This document shows, one piece after another, positions 1 through 8,716 of a DNA stretch of 64,000 bases; position 1 is the first letter of the stretch, and each line of letters starts with the position of its first letter. Origin of the DNA: an uncultured Acidobacteriota bacterium (GTDB taxonomy: Bacteria > Acidobacteriota > Thermoanaerobaculia > UBA5066 > DATFVB01); contig CAWEYG010000005.1 of NCBI GenBank assembly GCA_963813155.1, forward strand, positions 32,001-96,000. Reading direction: 5' to 3'. The notes below the pieces were generated by a model. It searched no databases, was not told where the DNA came from, and was given only the letters and a program-made list of their open reading frames with translations. A program made the translations under genes and the position numbers.

Positions 1-573
1 CACGGATATTCGTTCGCCGAGACTCTCGTCGTCTCCGCTTTGTTGCTCTCGGGAACACTCATGGCGATCCCGCTTGCCGACGGCGCGCTCGCGGGATCGC
101 GAATCCGAAGCGCGGGCCACGAAGCGATGATCGCGTTCTCCGTCGCGCGGCTGAGCGCCATACGCTCGGGGCGCAACACGGCCGTGCGTTTCGAGCCCGA
201 GGCGTCGGGCTTTCGAATGACTCTCTACGGCGACGGCAACGGAAACGGAGTTCGCACCGCGGAGATCGGCAAGGGGATCGACCGGCCCGTTCGCACGGTC
301 TTCTGGGATCGGGGAGACGTGACGATCGGCATTCTCCAGAACGTCCGGGTGCCGGATCCCTCCGACCCTTCCCGGGCCCTCGCGAACACCTCCGACCCGG
401 TCCGGTTCAACGACAGCAACCTCTGTTCGTTCTCGCCGCTCGGCGAATGCACTCCGGGCTCGCTCTACCTGACGGATCGAAAACGCCGGATGGCGGTCGT
501 TCGCGTCGACAGCCGGAACGGGAAGATCCGCGTCCTCTACTTCACGGCCGGAGATCGCCGATGGGAATCGTGA
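1..573 (+). CDS. Type IV pilin/pseudopilin-like protein (FimT/GspH-like), 5'-truncated by window edge
   Basis: Frame open from base 1: HG|YSFAETLVVSALLL is a class III prepilin cleavage/methylation-like motif (G, aromatic, E at +5) followed by a hydrophobic helix; ARLSAIRSG and C-terminal TPGSLYL resemble FimT/GspH. Confidence 0.7.
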   Translation, partial: HGYSFAETLVVSALLLSGTLMAIPLADGALAGSRIRSAGHEAMIAFSVARLSAIRSGRNTAVRFEPEASGFRMTLYGDGNGNGVRTAEIGKGIDRPVRTVFWDRGDVTIGILQNVRVPDPSDPSRALANTSDPVRFNDSNLCSFSPLGECTPGSLYLTDRKRRMAVVRVDSRNGKIRVLYFTAGDRRWES

Positions 574-1541
574 AGCGGGATTTCCCGGACCTCTCCGGAA
601 GGCCCGGGCCACAGGAACGAATCGCGAAATTCCCTGCCGGCGGGGAGGCTCACCGGCCCGATGACGCAACGCGCGGCGGCGGTCCCGCGCCCCGCCTCGG
701 CGCCGTTCCACAGGACGCACTCCTCGAGCCGGGAGGCGGCGTCGAGCCTCGCGCGGCCGACGACGGATCGGCGGAGAACTCCCGAGGGGACGGGCTCGAC
801 CGTCAAATTCTGATCGTTCTCGTCGAAGAGGCCCTCGCGCGGCTCGAACTCCTTCCTCGACGCGAGCGCGCCGAGCGAGGCGGCGAGCAGATCTCCCGGC
901 GTCCCGAGGTCGAAAAACGCTCCCCGGTGGCGCGCGACACGGATCGGCTCGTTTTTCGAGAGGAGGGGTCGCCACAGATCGTCGACGAGAGAGCGGAACC
1001 CGGGCTCGATTCGCGAGAGCGCGCCGGGAGCGTGAAGGGAAACCCCGGTGAAAAGCAGGGGGTCGCTCCCGTTTCCGCCGATCGAAACGAGCCGGTCTCC
1101 CTCCGCGAAGAGCGGAGTGAACCGCGAGGGGTCGGGGTTCGGGACGACGAGAAGCGTCGCCGACGCCGCACCCGCCCGGTGCACGTCCTCCAGGAGGCGG
1201 ATCTCGGGGTCGAGCTCCGCGTCCACGTTCCACGTCAGGAAATCGTCCTCGCCGAGAAATCCCCCGGCGTTCCGGAGCGCGCCGGCCGTGCCGAGGATCT
1301 CGGGCTCCCAGAAGAAGCGCAGAGCCGTGCCCTCGCCGCCGCTTTCGTCGAGGTGCTCGACGATCTGGCGGCCTTCATGGTGGAGGTTGACCGCAATCTC
1401 CGAGATGCCGGCGACGCGCAGGCGGGCGAGCCGGCGGTCGATCAGCGGAACGTTCAGGTGGGGCAGCAGGGCCTTGGGCCTGTCGTCGGTGGCCGGCCGG
1501 AATCGTGTGCCGAAACCCGCGGCCAGGACGATCGCCCTCAT
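537..1541 (-). CDS. Sugar-phosphate nucleotidyltransferase (MurU/mannose-1-P guanylyltransferase-like) with C-terminal left-handed beta-helix
   Basis: MRAIVLAAGFGTRFRPATDDRPKALLP signature; EPEILGTAGAL; FFDLGTP; ATG overlaps upstream stop (ATGA). Confidence 0.85.
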   Translation of the reverse strand: MRAIVLAAGFGTRFRPATDDRPKALLPHLNVPLIDRRLARLRVAGISEIAVNLHHEGRQIVEHLDESGGEGTALRFFWEPEILGTAGALRNAGGFLGEDDFLTWNVDAELDPEIRLLEDVHRAGAASATLLVVPNPDPSRFTPLFAEGDRLVSIGGNGSDPLLFTGVSLHAPGALSRIEPGFRSLVDDLWRPLLSKNEPIRVARHRGAFFDLGTPGDLLAASLGALASRKEFEPREGLFDENDQNLTVEPVPSGVLRRSVVGRARLDAASRLEECVLWNGAEAGRGTAAARCVIGPVSLPAGREFRDSFLWPGPSGEVREIPLHDSHRRSPAVK

Positions 1542-2098
1542 CGGGAGAAGAGCATGTCGGGCGGAAGCCCGGGCTCCTTCTGCCGCGCCCGGGCGTAGAG
1601 GCCCGCGTAGGAGTTTCGTTCCGCCTCCGCCGCGCTCAGGCCGAGGCGTTCGAGCGCTCGGGGAATCTCGTCGGCATTGCCCTCGACCTCGACGAAGAAG
1701 CCGATCGGCGTCTCGTCGAGGCACACCGTGCAACCGAGAAGCTCGAGCTCCTGGCGCCTCTTCTGGTAGCGAAACCGCGGAACGAATCCGAGCCGGGCCA
1801 GGATCGCGCGAAGCGTTTCCGGTTTTTCGACCTCGGTCTCCAACTCTTCCCGAACTTTCAAAGCTCCGTCAAAGCGCGCCTCTCCCTTGAACGTCAGGAT
1901 TCCCCGACCCCCCGCGATGCGCAGCCGGAGGGCGCAGCCCGCGCGCGCGAGCCCTCCGTTCGCGTCGTCGTAGAGAGTGTTGTCCTCCTCGTGGAGAGCG
2001 CGGAACTCGACCGCGCCCGCTTCGCGAAGCCTCGCGCGAAGCGGCTCGAGATCGGCGACGGGAATCTTGATTTCGGTTTCGGTGCCGGACGCGTTCAC
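1538..2098 (-). CDS. CYTH-domain protein (class IV adenylate cyclase CyaB-like/triphosphatase)
   Basis: C-terminal part of ORF 1538..5368: ETEIK (ExExK), ALRLR, LTFKG, REELET, YQKRR, CLDETPIGFFVEVEG; GTG start overlaps yqeY stop (GTGA). Confidence 0.85.
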   Translation of the reverse strand: MNASGTETEIKIPVADLEPLRARLREAGAVEFRALHEEDNTLYDDANGGLARAGCALRLRIAGGRGILTFKGEARFDGALKVREELETEVEKPETLRAILARLGFVPRFRYQKRRQELELLGCTVCLDETPIGFFVEVEGNADEIPRALERLGLSAAEAERNSYAGLYARARQKEPGLPPDMLFSR

Positions 2099-2541
2099 GG
2101 CAGGAGGCGCTGCGCGATTTCCTGGGCCTTGCGGCCGTCCACCCGGCCCTTGTAGCGAACCATGAGCTCTTTCATCACGGCGCCGACTTCTTTCTTCGAG
2201 GTGAGGCTGCGGTCCGAAATGATCGTCTTGACGGCGCTTTCCAGATCCGCGTCCGTCAATCCCTGGGGAAGGTACGCCTCGAGGATCGCAAGCTCCGCCG
2301 TCTCGGCGGCGACGAGATCCTCCCGGCCGCCCCGGCCGTACTGCTCGATCGAATCCTTCCGCTGCTTCGCCCCGCGGCGGATCACGGCCTCGATCTCTTC
2401 GTCGGTCAGGTCGCGATGAGCCTGGATCTTTTCGTTCTTCAGGGCCGAGAGCAGCAGCCGGATCGTCGAGACGCGGGGCTTGTCGCCCGCTTTCATCGCG
2501 GTCTTCAGATCGGCTTCGATCGTCTTGAGCATTTCCGTCAC
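2095..2541 (-). CDS. GatB/YqeY domain protein
   Basis: DLKTAMKAGDK..IRLL..ALKNE..KQRKDSIEQY..GGREDL..E..IL..YLP..GAVMK..GRVDG pattern. Confidence 0.9.
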   Translation of the reverse strand: MTEMLKTIEADLKTAMKAGDKPRVSTIRLLLSALKNEKIQAHRDLTDEEIEAVIRRGAKQRKDSIEQYGRGGREDLVAAETAELAILEAYLPQGLTDADLESAVKTIISDRSLTSKKEVGAVMKELMVRYKGRVDGRKAQEIAQRLLP

Positions 2542-2629
2542 GCAAGAAGGCTATCGCACCGAACCCACCCCCACAAGCCGTCTTCATCCCGGCGCCCGCG
2601 GACGTGAGATAACTACGGCCGGAGGAAAG

Positions 2630-4498
2630 TTGCGCCGCTACATCATCGGAACCGCCGGGCACATCGATCACGGCAAGACCGCACTCGTTCGGGCTCTGAC
2701 CGGAATCGACGCGGATCGGCTGCCCGAAGAAAAGTCGCGGGGAATCACGATCGACCTCGGCTTCGCCCATCTGGAGGAAGGGGACGCGCGAATCGGCTTC
2801 GTGGACGCGCCCGGCCACGAGCGATTCGTCCGGAACATGCTCGCGGGCGCCGGCGGGCTCGACGCGATCCTTCTCGTCGTCGCCGCCGACGAGGGCGTCA
2901 AGCCGCAGACGCGGGAACATTTCGCGATCGCGCGCCTGCTCGGGCTCTCCCGGGGCCTCGTCGCGCTGACAAAGGTGGACCGCGTCGCGCCCGAGCTCCG
3001 CGAGGTCGTCAGCCTGGAAGTCCGGGAGTTTCTCGCCGGCTCGTTTCTCGAGAGCGCCCCGATTCTCCCGGTCTCGTCGCGGACCGGCGAAGGGCTCGAC
3101 GAATTGCGGCGCGTGCTTCTCGACATCGCCGTCGCCGGACAGCGCGAACGCGAGGAGCGCCCCCTTCGGCTTCCGATCGATCGCGCGTTCTCCATCGCGG
3201 GTTTCGGCTCCGTCGTGACGGGCAGCCTCGTGAGCGGAAGCGTGGCGGCCGAGCAGAGGGTGGAGATTCTGCCGGAGGGCGCCCCCGCCCGCGTGCGGCG
3301 CGTCGAGGTCCACGGCCGCGAAGTCCCGCGCGCCCAGGCCGGAGAGCGGACGAGCGTGAATCTCGCCGGGGTCGAGCTCGCGTCGCTTCGGCGGGGCCAG
3401 ACCGTCGCGACCCCGGGATCGATGCGCCCTTCGCGACGCCTCCTCGTCCGGCTGGAGCTGCTCGCCGACGCCCAGGGGTTGAAGAGCGGGGCAACCGTGA
3501 CGCTTCACCACTTCGCCTCGGAAGCGGCCGCGCGCGTCCGGCTCCCGGACCGCGACTTTCTCGACCCGGGAAAGAGCGCTCCGGCGCTTTTGACTCTCTC
3601 GGTTCCCGCCGCGGCGGCGGTCGGAGACCGTTTCGTCCTTCGGCGGCCTTCGCCTCCGGCAACGATCGGCGGAGGAGAGGTTCTCGACGCGGAGCCGCCG
3701 CGCCGGCTCGCGCCCGAAGACCTCGATGTGTTTCAGGCGGGCGGGGCGCGCGAAAGGCTGATGCGCCGGATCGTCCGACGCGCCGAGGGCGCCTCGCTCG
3801 ACGACCTCTCGCGGCAGGAGTGGCTCAAACCCGAAGAGGTCCGGAATCTTCTGGAATCCCCGGAAAAATCGGGCGATCTCGTCGCGCTTTCGGGCGGCCG
3901 GCTCTACCTTTCCGCGGCGCGGCTCGCCGAGCTCGGAACGCAGATTCGCGCGCTCGTTCAAAAGGAGCTTCGCGACCGGCCCGGCGCCACCGGCGCCCCG
4001 AGAGCGGTCGTCTTCGAAAAGCTGTTTTCCCACTTCGATCCGAAGCTCGCGGAAGAGGCGCTCGGGCGCCTCGCGGCCGGGAGGACGATCGAGGTCCGCG
4101 GAGAGGAGGTCCGCATGCCGGGGGGCGGGGCCCTCGCCGCCGGAGATCAGAAGCTCGCGGACAAGATCGCATCGAGATTCGACGAGGGGGGCCTGGAGCC
4201 TCCCTCTCCCGGCGAGATCGTGCAGGCTTTCGGGGCAAAGCAGAAAATCGTCGAGGGGCTCATCGCGTTCCTCGCCAAGGAGAAAAGGCTCGCGAAGCTT
4301 CCCGGAGGTTTCTACATCTCCCAGAAAGCCGTGGACGAAGCGATCGCGCGGCTGCGAGCAACGGGCTGGAAATCGTTCTCGGTCCCGGAGTTCAAGGAGA
4401 AGTTCGGTCTGACGCGCCGAATCGCGATCCCGCTGCTCGAGCACTTCGACGAAAGGAAAATCACGCGACGGACGGGAGATCGGCGGGAATTGGTTTAG
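2630..4498 (+). CDS. selB: Selenocysteine-specific translation elongation factor SelB
   Basis: [41 protein letters not shown]; C-terminal winged helices ending [15 protein letters not shown]; TTG start after GGAGG. Confidence 0.93.
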   Translation: MRRYIIGTAGHIDHGKTALVRALTGIDADRLPEEKSRGITIDLGFAHLEEGDARIGFVDAPGHERFVRNMLAGAGGLDAILLVVAADEGVKPQTREHFAIARLLGLSRGLVALTKVDRVAPELREVVSLEVREFLAGSFLESAPILPVSSRTGEGLDELRRVLLDIAVAGQREREERPLRLPIDRAFSIAGFGSVVTGSLVSGSVAAEQRVEILPEGAPARVRRVEVHGREVPRAQAGERTSVNLAGVELASLRRGQTVATPGSMRPSRRLLVRLELLADAQGLKSGATVTLHHFASEAAARVRLPDRDFLDPGKSAPALLTLSVPAAAAVGDRFVLRRPSPPATIGGGEVLDAEPPRRLAPEDLDVFQAGGARERLMRRIVRRAEGASLDDLSRQEWLKPEEVRNLLESPEKSGDLVALSGGRLYLSAARLAELGTQIRALVQKELRDRPGATGAPRAVVFEKLFSHFDPKLAEEALGRLAAGRTIEVRGEEVRMPGGGALAAGDQKLADKIASRFDEGGLEPPSPGEIVQAFGAKQKIVEGLIAFLAKEKRLAKLPGGFYISQKAVDEAIARLRATGWKSFSVPEFKEKFGLTRRIAIPLLEHFDERKITRRTGDRRELV

Positions 4499-4515
4499 GA
4501 CCGTCCCCGGGGTGT

Positions 4516-5286
4516 CTACCTCCGGTAGGCCTCCGGCCGGACGTCCGCGAGGACCGGAAAGTGCTCGCGCCCTCGCCGGACCCTTTCCACTTCGATTTCG
4601 CCGACCAGCACGGCTTCCTCGTCCCCCGCTTCGGCGATCGCTTCCCCGAGCGGGTCGATCAAGGCCGAGTCGCCCGCGTAGTGGAGTTTTCCCCCGTCGC
4701 CCACGCGGTTGACTCCGGCAACGAAGGCCTGGTTTTCGATCGCCCGGGCCCGCAGCAGCGTGCGCCAGTGCTCTCGGCGAGGTTCCGGCCAGTTTGCGAC
4801 GACGACGAAGAGGTCCGTGCCGGCGGCCGCGACGCGGAACGGCTCGGGAAACCGAAGGTCGTAGCAGATGAACGGCGTGACGCGAACGCCGTCGATCTCG
4901 ACGGTCACGATCCGATCCCCCGGCGCGTAGTGGCGGTGCTCGCCCGCGTAGGTGAATGGATGGATCTTCGAGTACCGCTGGACGCCCCCGTCCGGTGAAA
5001 CGATCAGCGCCGTGTTCCGCGGGGCCGGCTCCCCCGCCTCGGCGATCGAGCCGATGACCCACAGGCCAAGAGCGCTGGCTTGCCGCTTCAGAAACGCTTC
5101 GGTCGATCCGCCGGGGGACTGCGCGATCCGGGCCGCGTCCATCGAGAAGCCGGTGCAGAACATCTCGGGCAGAATCGCGAGCCGGGCCCCGAGACCGGCA
5201 GCCTCTTCGAGCCGTTTCGCGACTCGGCGGTGATTTTCCGCCGCGTCCTCCCACGCGATGTCGAATTGGACGAGACCGACCTTCAC
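4516..5286 (-). CDS. Carbon-nitrogen hydrolase (omega-amidase, YafV/MtnU-like)
   Basis: Nitrilase triad: LPEMF (E), YSKIH (K), ICYDLRFPE (C); ARAIENQ; GTG overlaps aminotransferase stop. Confidence 0.88.
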   Translation of the reverse strand: MKVGLVQFDIAWEDAAENHRRVAKRLEEAAGLGARLAILPEMFCTGFSMDAARIAQSPGGSTEAFLKRQASALGLWVIGSIAEAGEPAPRNTALIVSPDGGVQRYSKIHPFTYAGEHRHYAPGDRIVTVEIDGVRVTPFICYDLRFPEPFRVAAAGTDLFVVVANWPEPRREHWRTLLRARAIENQAFVAGVNRVGDGGKLHYAGDSALIDPLGEAIAEAGDEEAVLVGEIEVERVRRGREHFPVLADVRPEAYRR

Positions 5287-6434
5287 ATCTTTTCCAGCCG
5301 GGACACCGCTTCGGCCAGGGTTTCGTCTTTCTTGCAAAACGCGAACCGGGCGTAGCGCTTTCCCTCATCCGACTTGCCGTAGAACGACGTCGGCGGCAGC
5401 GCCGCGACGCCGACGTTTTCGGTCAAATGCCGGCAAAACGCGACGTCGTCGTCGAATCCGAAGTTCGAGAATCCCGCGCAGACGAAGTACGTCCCCGCGC
5501 ACGGACTGACCTGGAACCCGAGCCGCGAAAGTGCCGACGCGAGAAAGTCGCGCTTGCGCCGGTACGACTCGCGGAGCTCCGTGTAGTAGGAGGACGGCGC
5601 GTCGAACGCCGCGGCCGCCGCGTACTGCAGCGGCGTCGCCGTCGCGAACGTGATGAACTGGTGCGCCGCGCGCACGGCGGCCGACAGCGGCGGTGGCGCC
5701 GCCGCCCATCCGATCTTCCACCCGGTCAGCGAAAAGGTCTTTCCGAAGCTCGAAATCGTGATCGTTCGCTCGCGCATGCCGGGAAGCGAGGCGATCGGCG
5801 TGTGCCGGCCTTCGTAGACGAGGTGCTCGTAGACCTCGTCGGTCACGCAGATCACGTCTCGCTCGACGCAGAGACGGCCGATTTCCGCGAGCTCCTCGCC
5901 GGAGAACACCTTGCCGGTCGGGTTGTGGGGCGTGTTGAGAACGATCGCGCGGGTCTTCGGCGTGAACGCCGCTTCGAGCTCTTTCGGGTCGAACCGCCAG
6001 TCGGGCGAGTGAAGCGTGACGAATCGCGCGGCCGCTCCCGCCATCGACACGCTCGCCCGGTACGAGTCGTAGAACGGCTCGAACAGGATCACTTCGTCGC
6101 CCGCGTCGCAGATGCCCTGGATCGCCCCGAAAATCGCCTCCGTCGCGCCGGAAGTCACGGTGATCTCCGAATCGGGTGCGTATTCGAGCCTGTAGTCCCG
6201 GAGGTACTTTGCCGAAAGCTGCCGGTGGAGCTCGGAGATACCGGTGACGCGTGCGTACTGGCCGTGGCCGGCCCGGATCGCGGCGATCGCCGCTTCTTTC
6301 GCGAACTCCGGCCCGTCGAAATCGGGAAAACCCTGGGCGAGGTTGATCGCGCGGTGCTCGATCGCGAGCCGGGTCATCTCGGAAAAGATCGTCGTGCCGA
6401 AGCCTTCCAGCTTGCGCGAGAGAACGCGGCGCAT
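5283..6434 (-). CDS. PLP-dependent class I aminotransferase (methionine/glutamine aminotransferase YbdL/MtnE-like)
   Basis: TTIFSEM..LA..AINLAQGFPDF, NTPHNPTGKVF, DEVYEH, SFGKTFSLTGWKIGW, RFAFCK; coupled to omega-amidase as in methionine salvage. Confidence 0.9.
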   Translation of the reverse strand: MRRVLSRKLEGFGTTIFSEMTRLAIEHRAINLAQGFPDFDGPEFAKEAAIAAIRAGHGQYARVTGISELHRQLSAKYLRDYRLEYAPDSEITVTSGATEAIFGAIQGICDAGDEVILFEPFYDSYRASVSMAGAAARFVTLHSPDWRFDPKELEAAFTPKTRAIVLNTPHNPTGKVFSGEELAEIGRLCVERDVICVTDEVYEHLVYEGRHTPIASLPGMRERTITISSFGKTFSLTGWKIGWAAAPPPLSAAVRAAHQFITFATATPLQYAAAAAFDAPSSYYTELRESYRRKRDFLASALSRLGFQVSPCAGTYFVCAGFSNFGFDDDVAFCRHLTENVGVAALPPTSFYGKSDEGKRYARFAFCKKDETLAEAVSRLEKM

Positions 6435-6447
6435 GGGAGCGATCATA

Positions 6448-6867
6448 TTACCGGCGGATCACGAGGACGAGTCCGGCGAGGCAGAGCAGGAGGCCGACGA
6501 CGTTGACCGCCGAGAGACGCTCGCGGTAGAGCAGGATCCCGATCGGAATCAGGACGACCGCGATCGCGGCGCTCGCCATTGCGGAGGCGATGCTGATATT
6601 CCATCCCGCCCGATAAACGAGCAGGAACCCGAATTCGATCGCGACGGCCGAAACGCCGACCCCGACGCTCGCCCAGTTGAGCTGCCGCGCGGACTCGCGG
6701 ACCGGTTGCGAGGAGAGGAACGGATAAAGCGCGGCGGAAAGGGCAAGCGCGACGACGTAGCTCACCGTCACCGAGAAAGCGGGGTTGAGGCCCTTCGGGA
6801 TCGACTTCTGGGACAGGTGATACAGGATGTTCCCCGCGATCACGAGAAAGAACGAGAAGTAGTACAT
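6448..6867 (-). CDS. EamA/DMT-superfamily small membrane transporter
   Basis: 139 aa, about 5 hydrophobic segments, C-terminal GILLYRERLS..NVVGLLLCLAGLVL typical of DMT. Confidence 0.8.
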   Translation of the reverse strand: MYYFSFFLVIAGNILYHLSQKSIPKGLNPAFSVTVSYVVALALSAALYPFLSSQPVRESARQLNWASVGVGVSAVAIEFGFLLVYRAGWNISIASAMASAAIAVVLIPIGILLYRERLSAVNVVGLLLCLAGLVLVIRR

Positions 6868-6912
6868 CGGTTCATCCTAGCTCTCTCGGGCGAGATTTTT
6901 CACGCGCCCGCA

Positions 6913-6990
6913 TTACCAGTATAGTCACTTTTACAGGTTATCCGCGGTTCGGCCTGACTTACCATCTAGATCGCAATTACAGGTTATAAT
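6913..6990. promoter_or_regulatory. Two 28-bp operator-like repeats plus TATAAT -10 box in the divergent EamA/CGNR intergenic region
   Basis: TTACCA-N12-TTACAGGTTA at 6913-6940 and 6959-6986; TATAAT at 6985-6990, 6 nt before ATG 6997. Confidence 0.75.
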
Positions 6991-6996
6991 CATGAA

Positions 6997-7644
6997 ATGA
7001 CAAAGGCGTCTCATTTCCAATGGGTTGGAGGCGAACTCTGTCTGGATTTCAACAACACCGTTTCCTGGAACGAGGGCAGCCCGACCGACGAGAGACTTCA
7101 GGTTCCCGAAGATCTTCTCCGGTGGGGGAAGGAAGCGGGAGTCTCGCCCGCTTCGGAGCGGAGAGTCGATTCCCCGCGCTCGCTCGATGACGCCCACGCT
7201 CTTCGCGGAGCGCTCCATCTGATCTTCTCGCCGCTGTCTCGCTGGCATGCCCCGGTTCCGGAGAGCCTCGAGGAATTCAACCGCTACCTCGCCCGCGCGC
7301 TGTCGGGCGTCCGCCTTTCGCGAGGAAAGGGCGTCTTCGTGTGGGATTTCTCCGCCTCTGCCCGCGAGCTCGATCCGGTTCTCGCCGCCGTGGCCTGGTC
7401 GGCCGCCGGGTTACTGGCCTCGCCCGATCTCCGGCTCCTGCGCGAGTGCGCAAGTCCCGAATGCGGCTGGCTCTTCGTGGACCGGAGCCGCAGAAAGAAC
7501 CGCCGCTGGTGCGAAATGCGCGAGTGCGGAAACCGTGCGAAGGCCCGCCGTTACTACCGCCGGCACCGTGCCGCGTCCGACCGAGGGGAAGAATCCCCTC
7601 GAGCTCCCCTCGGAAGAAGCCTTGGGAGAGAATCTCCGCGATGA
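6997..7644 (+). CDS. ABATE/CGNR zinc-finger domain protein (putative transcription regulator)
   Basis: GGELCLDFNNT N-terminus; C-terminal LRECASPECGWLFVDRSRRKNRRWCEMRECGNRAKARR. Confidence 0.92.
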   Translation: MTKASHFQWVGGELCLDFNNTVSWNEGSPTDERLQVPEDLLRWGKEAGVSPASERRVDSPRSLDDAHALRGALHLIFSPLSRWHAPVPESLEEFNRYLARALSGVRLSRGKGVFVWDFSASARELDPVLAAVAWSAAGLLASPDLRLLRECASPECGWLFVDRSRRKNRRWCEMRECGNRAKARRYYRRHRAASDRGEESPRAPLGRSLGRESPR

Positions 7645-8681
7645 AAGTTCTCGGAATCGAGACTTCGTGCGACGAGACGTCCGTCGCGGTGATCGGCGGC
7701 GACGGGCGAATCCTCTCCAACGTCGTGTCGTCGCAGATGGAAATGCACGCCCGTTACGGGGGCGTCGTGCCGGAGATCGCTTCGCGCCACCATCTGGAGA
7801 ACATCTCTTCGGTCTTCGACGAGGCCCTGTCGCGGTCCGGCGCGTCCCTGGGCGAAGTCGATCTCGTCGCCGCGACGGCAGGCCCCGGATTGATCGGAGC
7901 GCTCCTCGTCGGGCTGTCGGCCGGCAAGGCGCTTGCGTTCGCGCAGGAAATTCCCTTCCAGCCCGTCTCGCATCTCGAGGGCCACCTCTTTTCGCCTTTT
8001 CTCTCCGCGCGGGGCGCCGCAGCTCGCGCGATTCTGTTTCCGTTCCACGGCCTCGTCGTATCGGGAGGCCACTCCGAGCTCGTTCGGGTCGAGGAGGAAA
8101 AGATCGTTCCGCTCGCCCGGGCGGGAGACGACGCCCCGGGCGAGGTTTTCGACAAGGTGGCGCGCCGGGCCGGCCTTGGCTACCCGGGCGGGCCGGTCAT
8201 CGACCGGATCGCGAGCCGCGGCGCGGCGGGCAAACACCGTTTCAAGGTCGGGCGATTCAACGACGGTTCGTTGAACTTCACGTTCTCCGGCCTGAAGACC
8301 CAGCTGATCCGGGAACTCGCCGCGCGGGGAATTTCCGGCGAAATTTCCGAAGACAACGTCGGCGGAGACCTCGCCGACCTGCTCGCCGGTTTCCAGCAAT
8401 CGATCGTGGATCAGCTGCTGGACCGCCTCGAAACGGTTCGCGTCCGCGAAGGAATGGAGCGTCTCGCTCTCTCCGGCGGGGTCGCCGCGAACTCGGAGCT
8501 CCGGGAACGAGCGGCCCGGTGGGGCGAAGAGCGCGGCGTCGAGGTCTTTCTTCCCGACCGCGCTCTCACGGGAGACAACGCCGCGATGATCGCCTTCGCG
8601 GGTCTGCTGAAGTTTCGCCGGGAAGGACCCCGGGGGTTTCTGTCGGTCAACGCGCGCTCGCGCTGGCCGCTCGGAAGTTAG
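7641..8681 (+). CDS. tsaD: tRNA N6-adenosine threonylcarbamoyltransferase TsaD
   Basis: MKVLGIETSCDET, YGGVVPEIASRHH, GPGLIGALLVG, HLEGH, VSGGHS, GGVAANS, DNAAMIA. Confidence 0.95.
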   Translation: MKVLGIETSCDETSVAVIGGDGRILSNVVSSQMEMHARYGGVVPEIASRHHLENISSVFDEALSRSGASLGEVDLVAATAGPGLIGALLVGLSAGKALAFAQEIPFQPVSHLEGHLFSPFLSARGAAARAILFPFHGLVVSGGHSELVRVEEEKIVPLARAGDDAPGEVFDKVARRAGLGYPGGPVIDRIASRGAAGKHRFKVGRFNDGSLNFTFSGLKTQLIRELAARGISGEISEDNVGGDLADLLAGFQQSIVDQLLDRLETVRVREGMERLALSGGVAANSELRERAARWGEERGVEVFLPDRALTGDNAAMIAFAGLLKFRREGPRGFLSVNARSRWPLGS

Positions 8682-8716
8682 AAAATGCCCGACGACGCAC
8701 GACAAGGAGGCGCTCC

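Noticed and set aside
1538-5368. 1276-aa minus-strand ORF
   Set aside because: Only the last ~187 codons (CYTH) are protein-like; the rest is a shadow frame over yqeY, selB and the amidase in stop-poor GC-rich DNA
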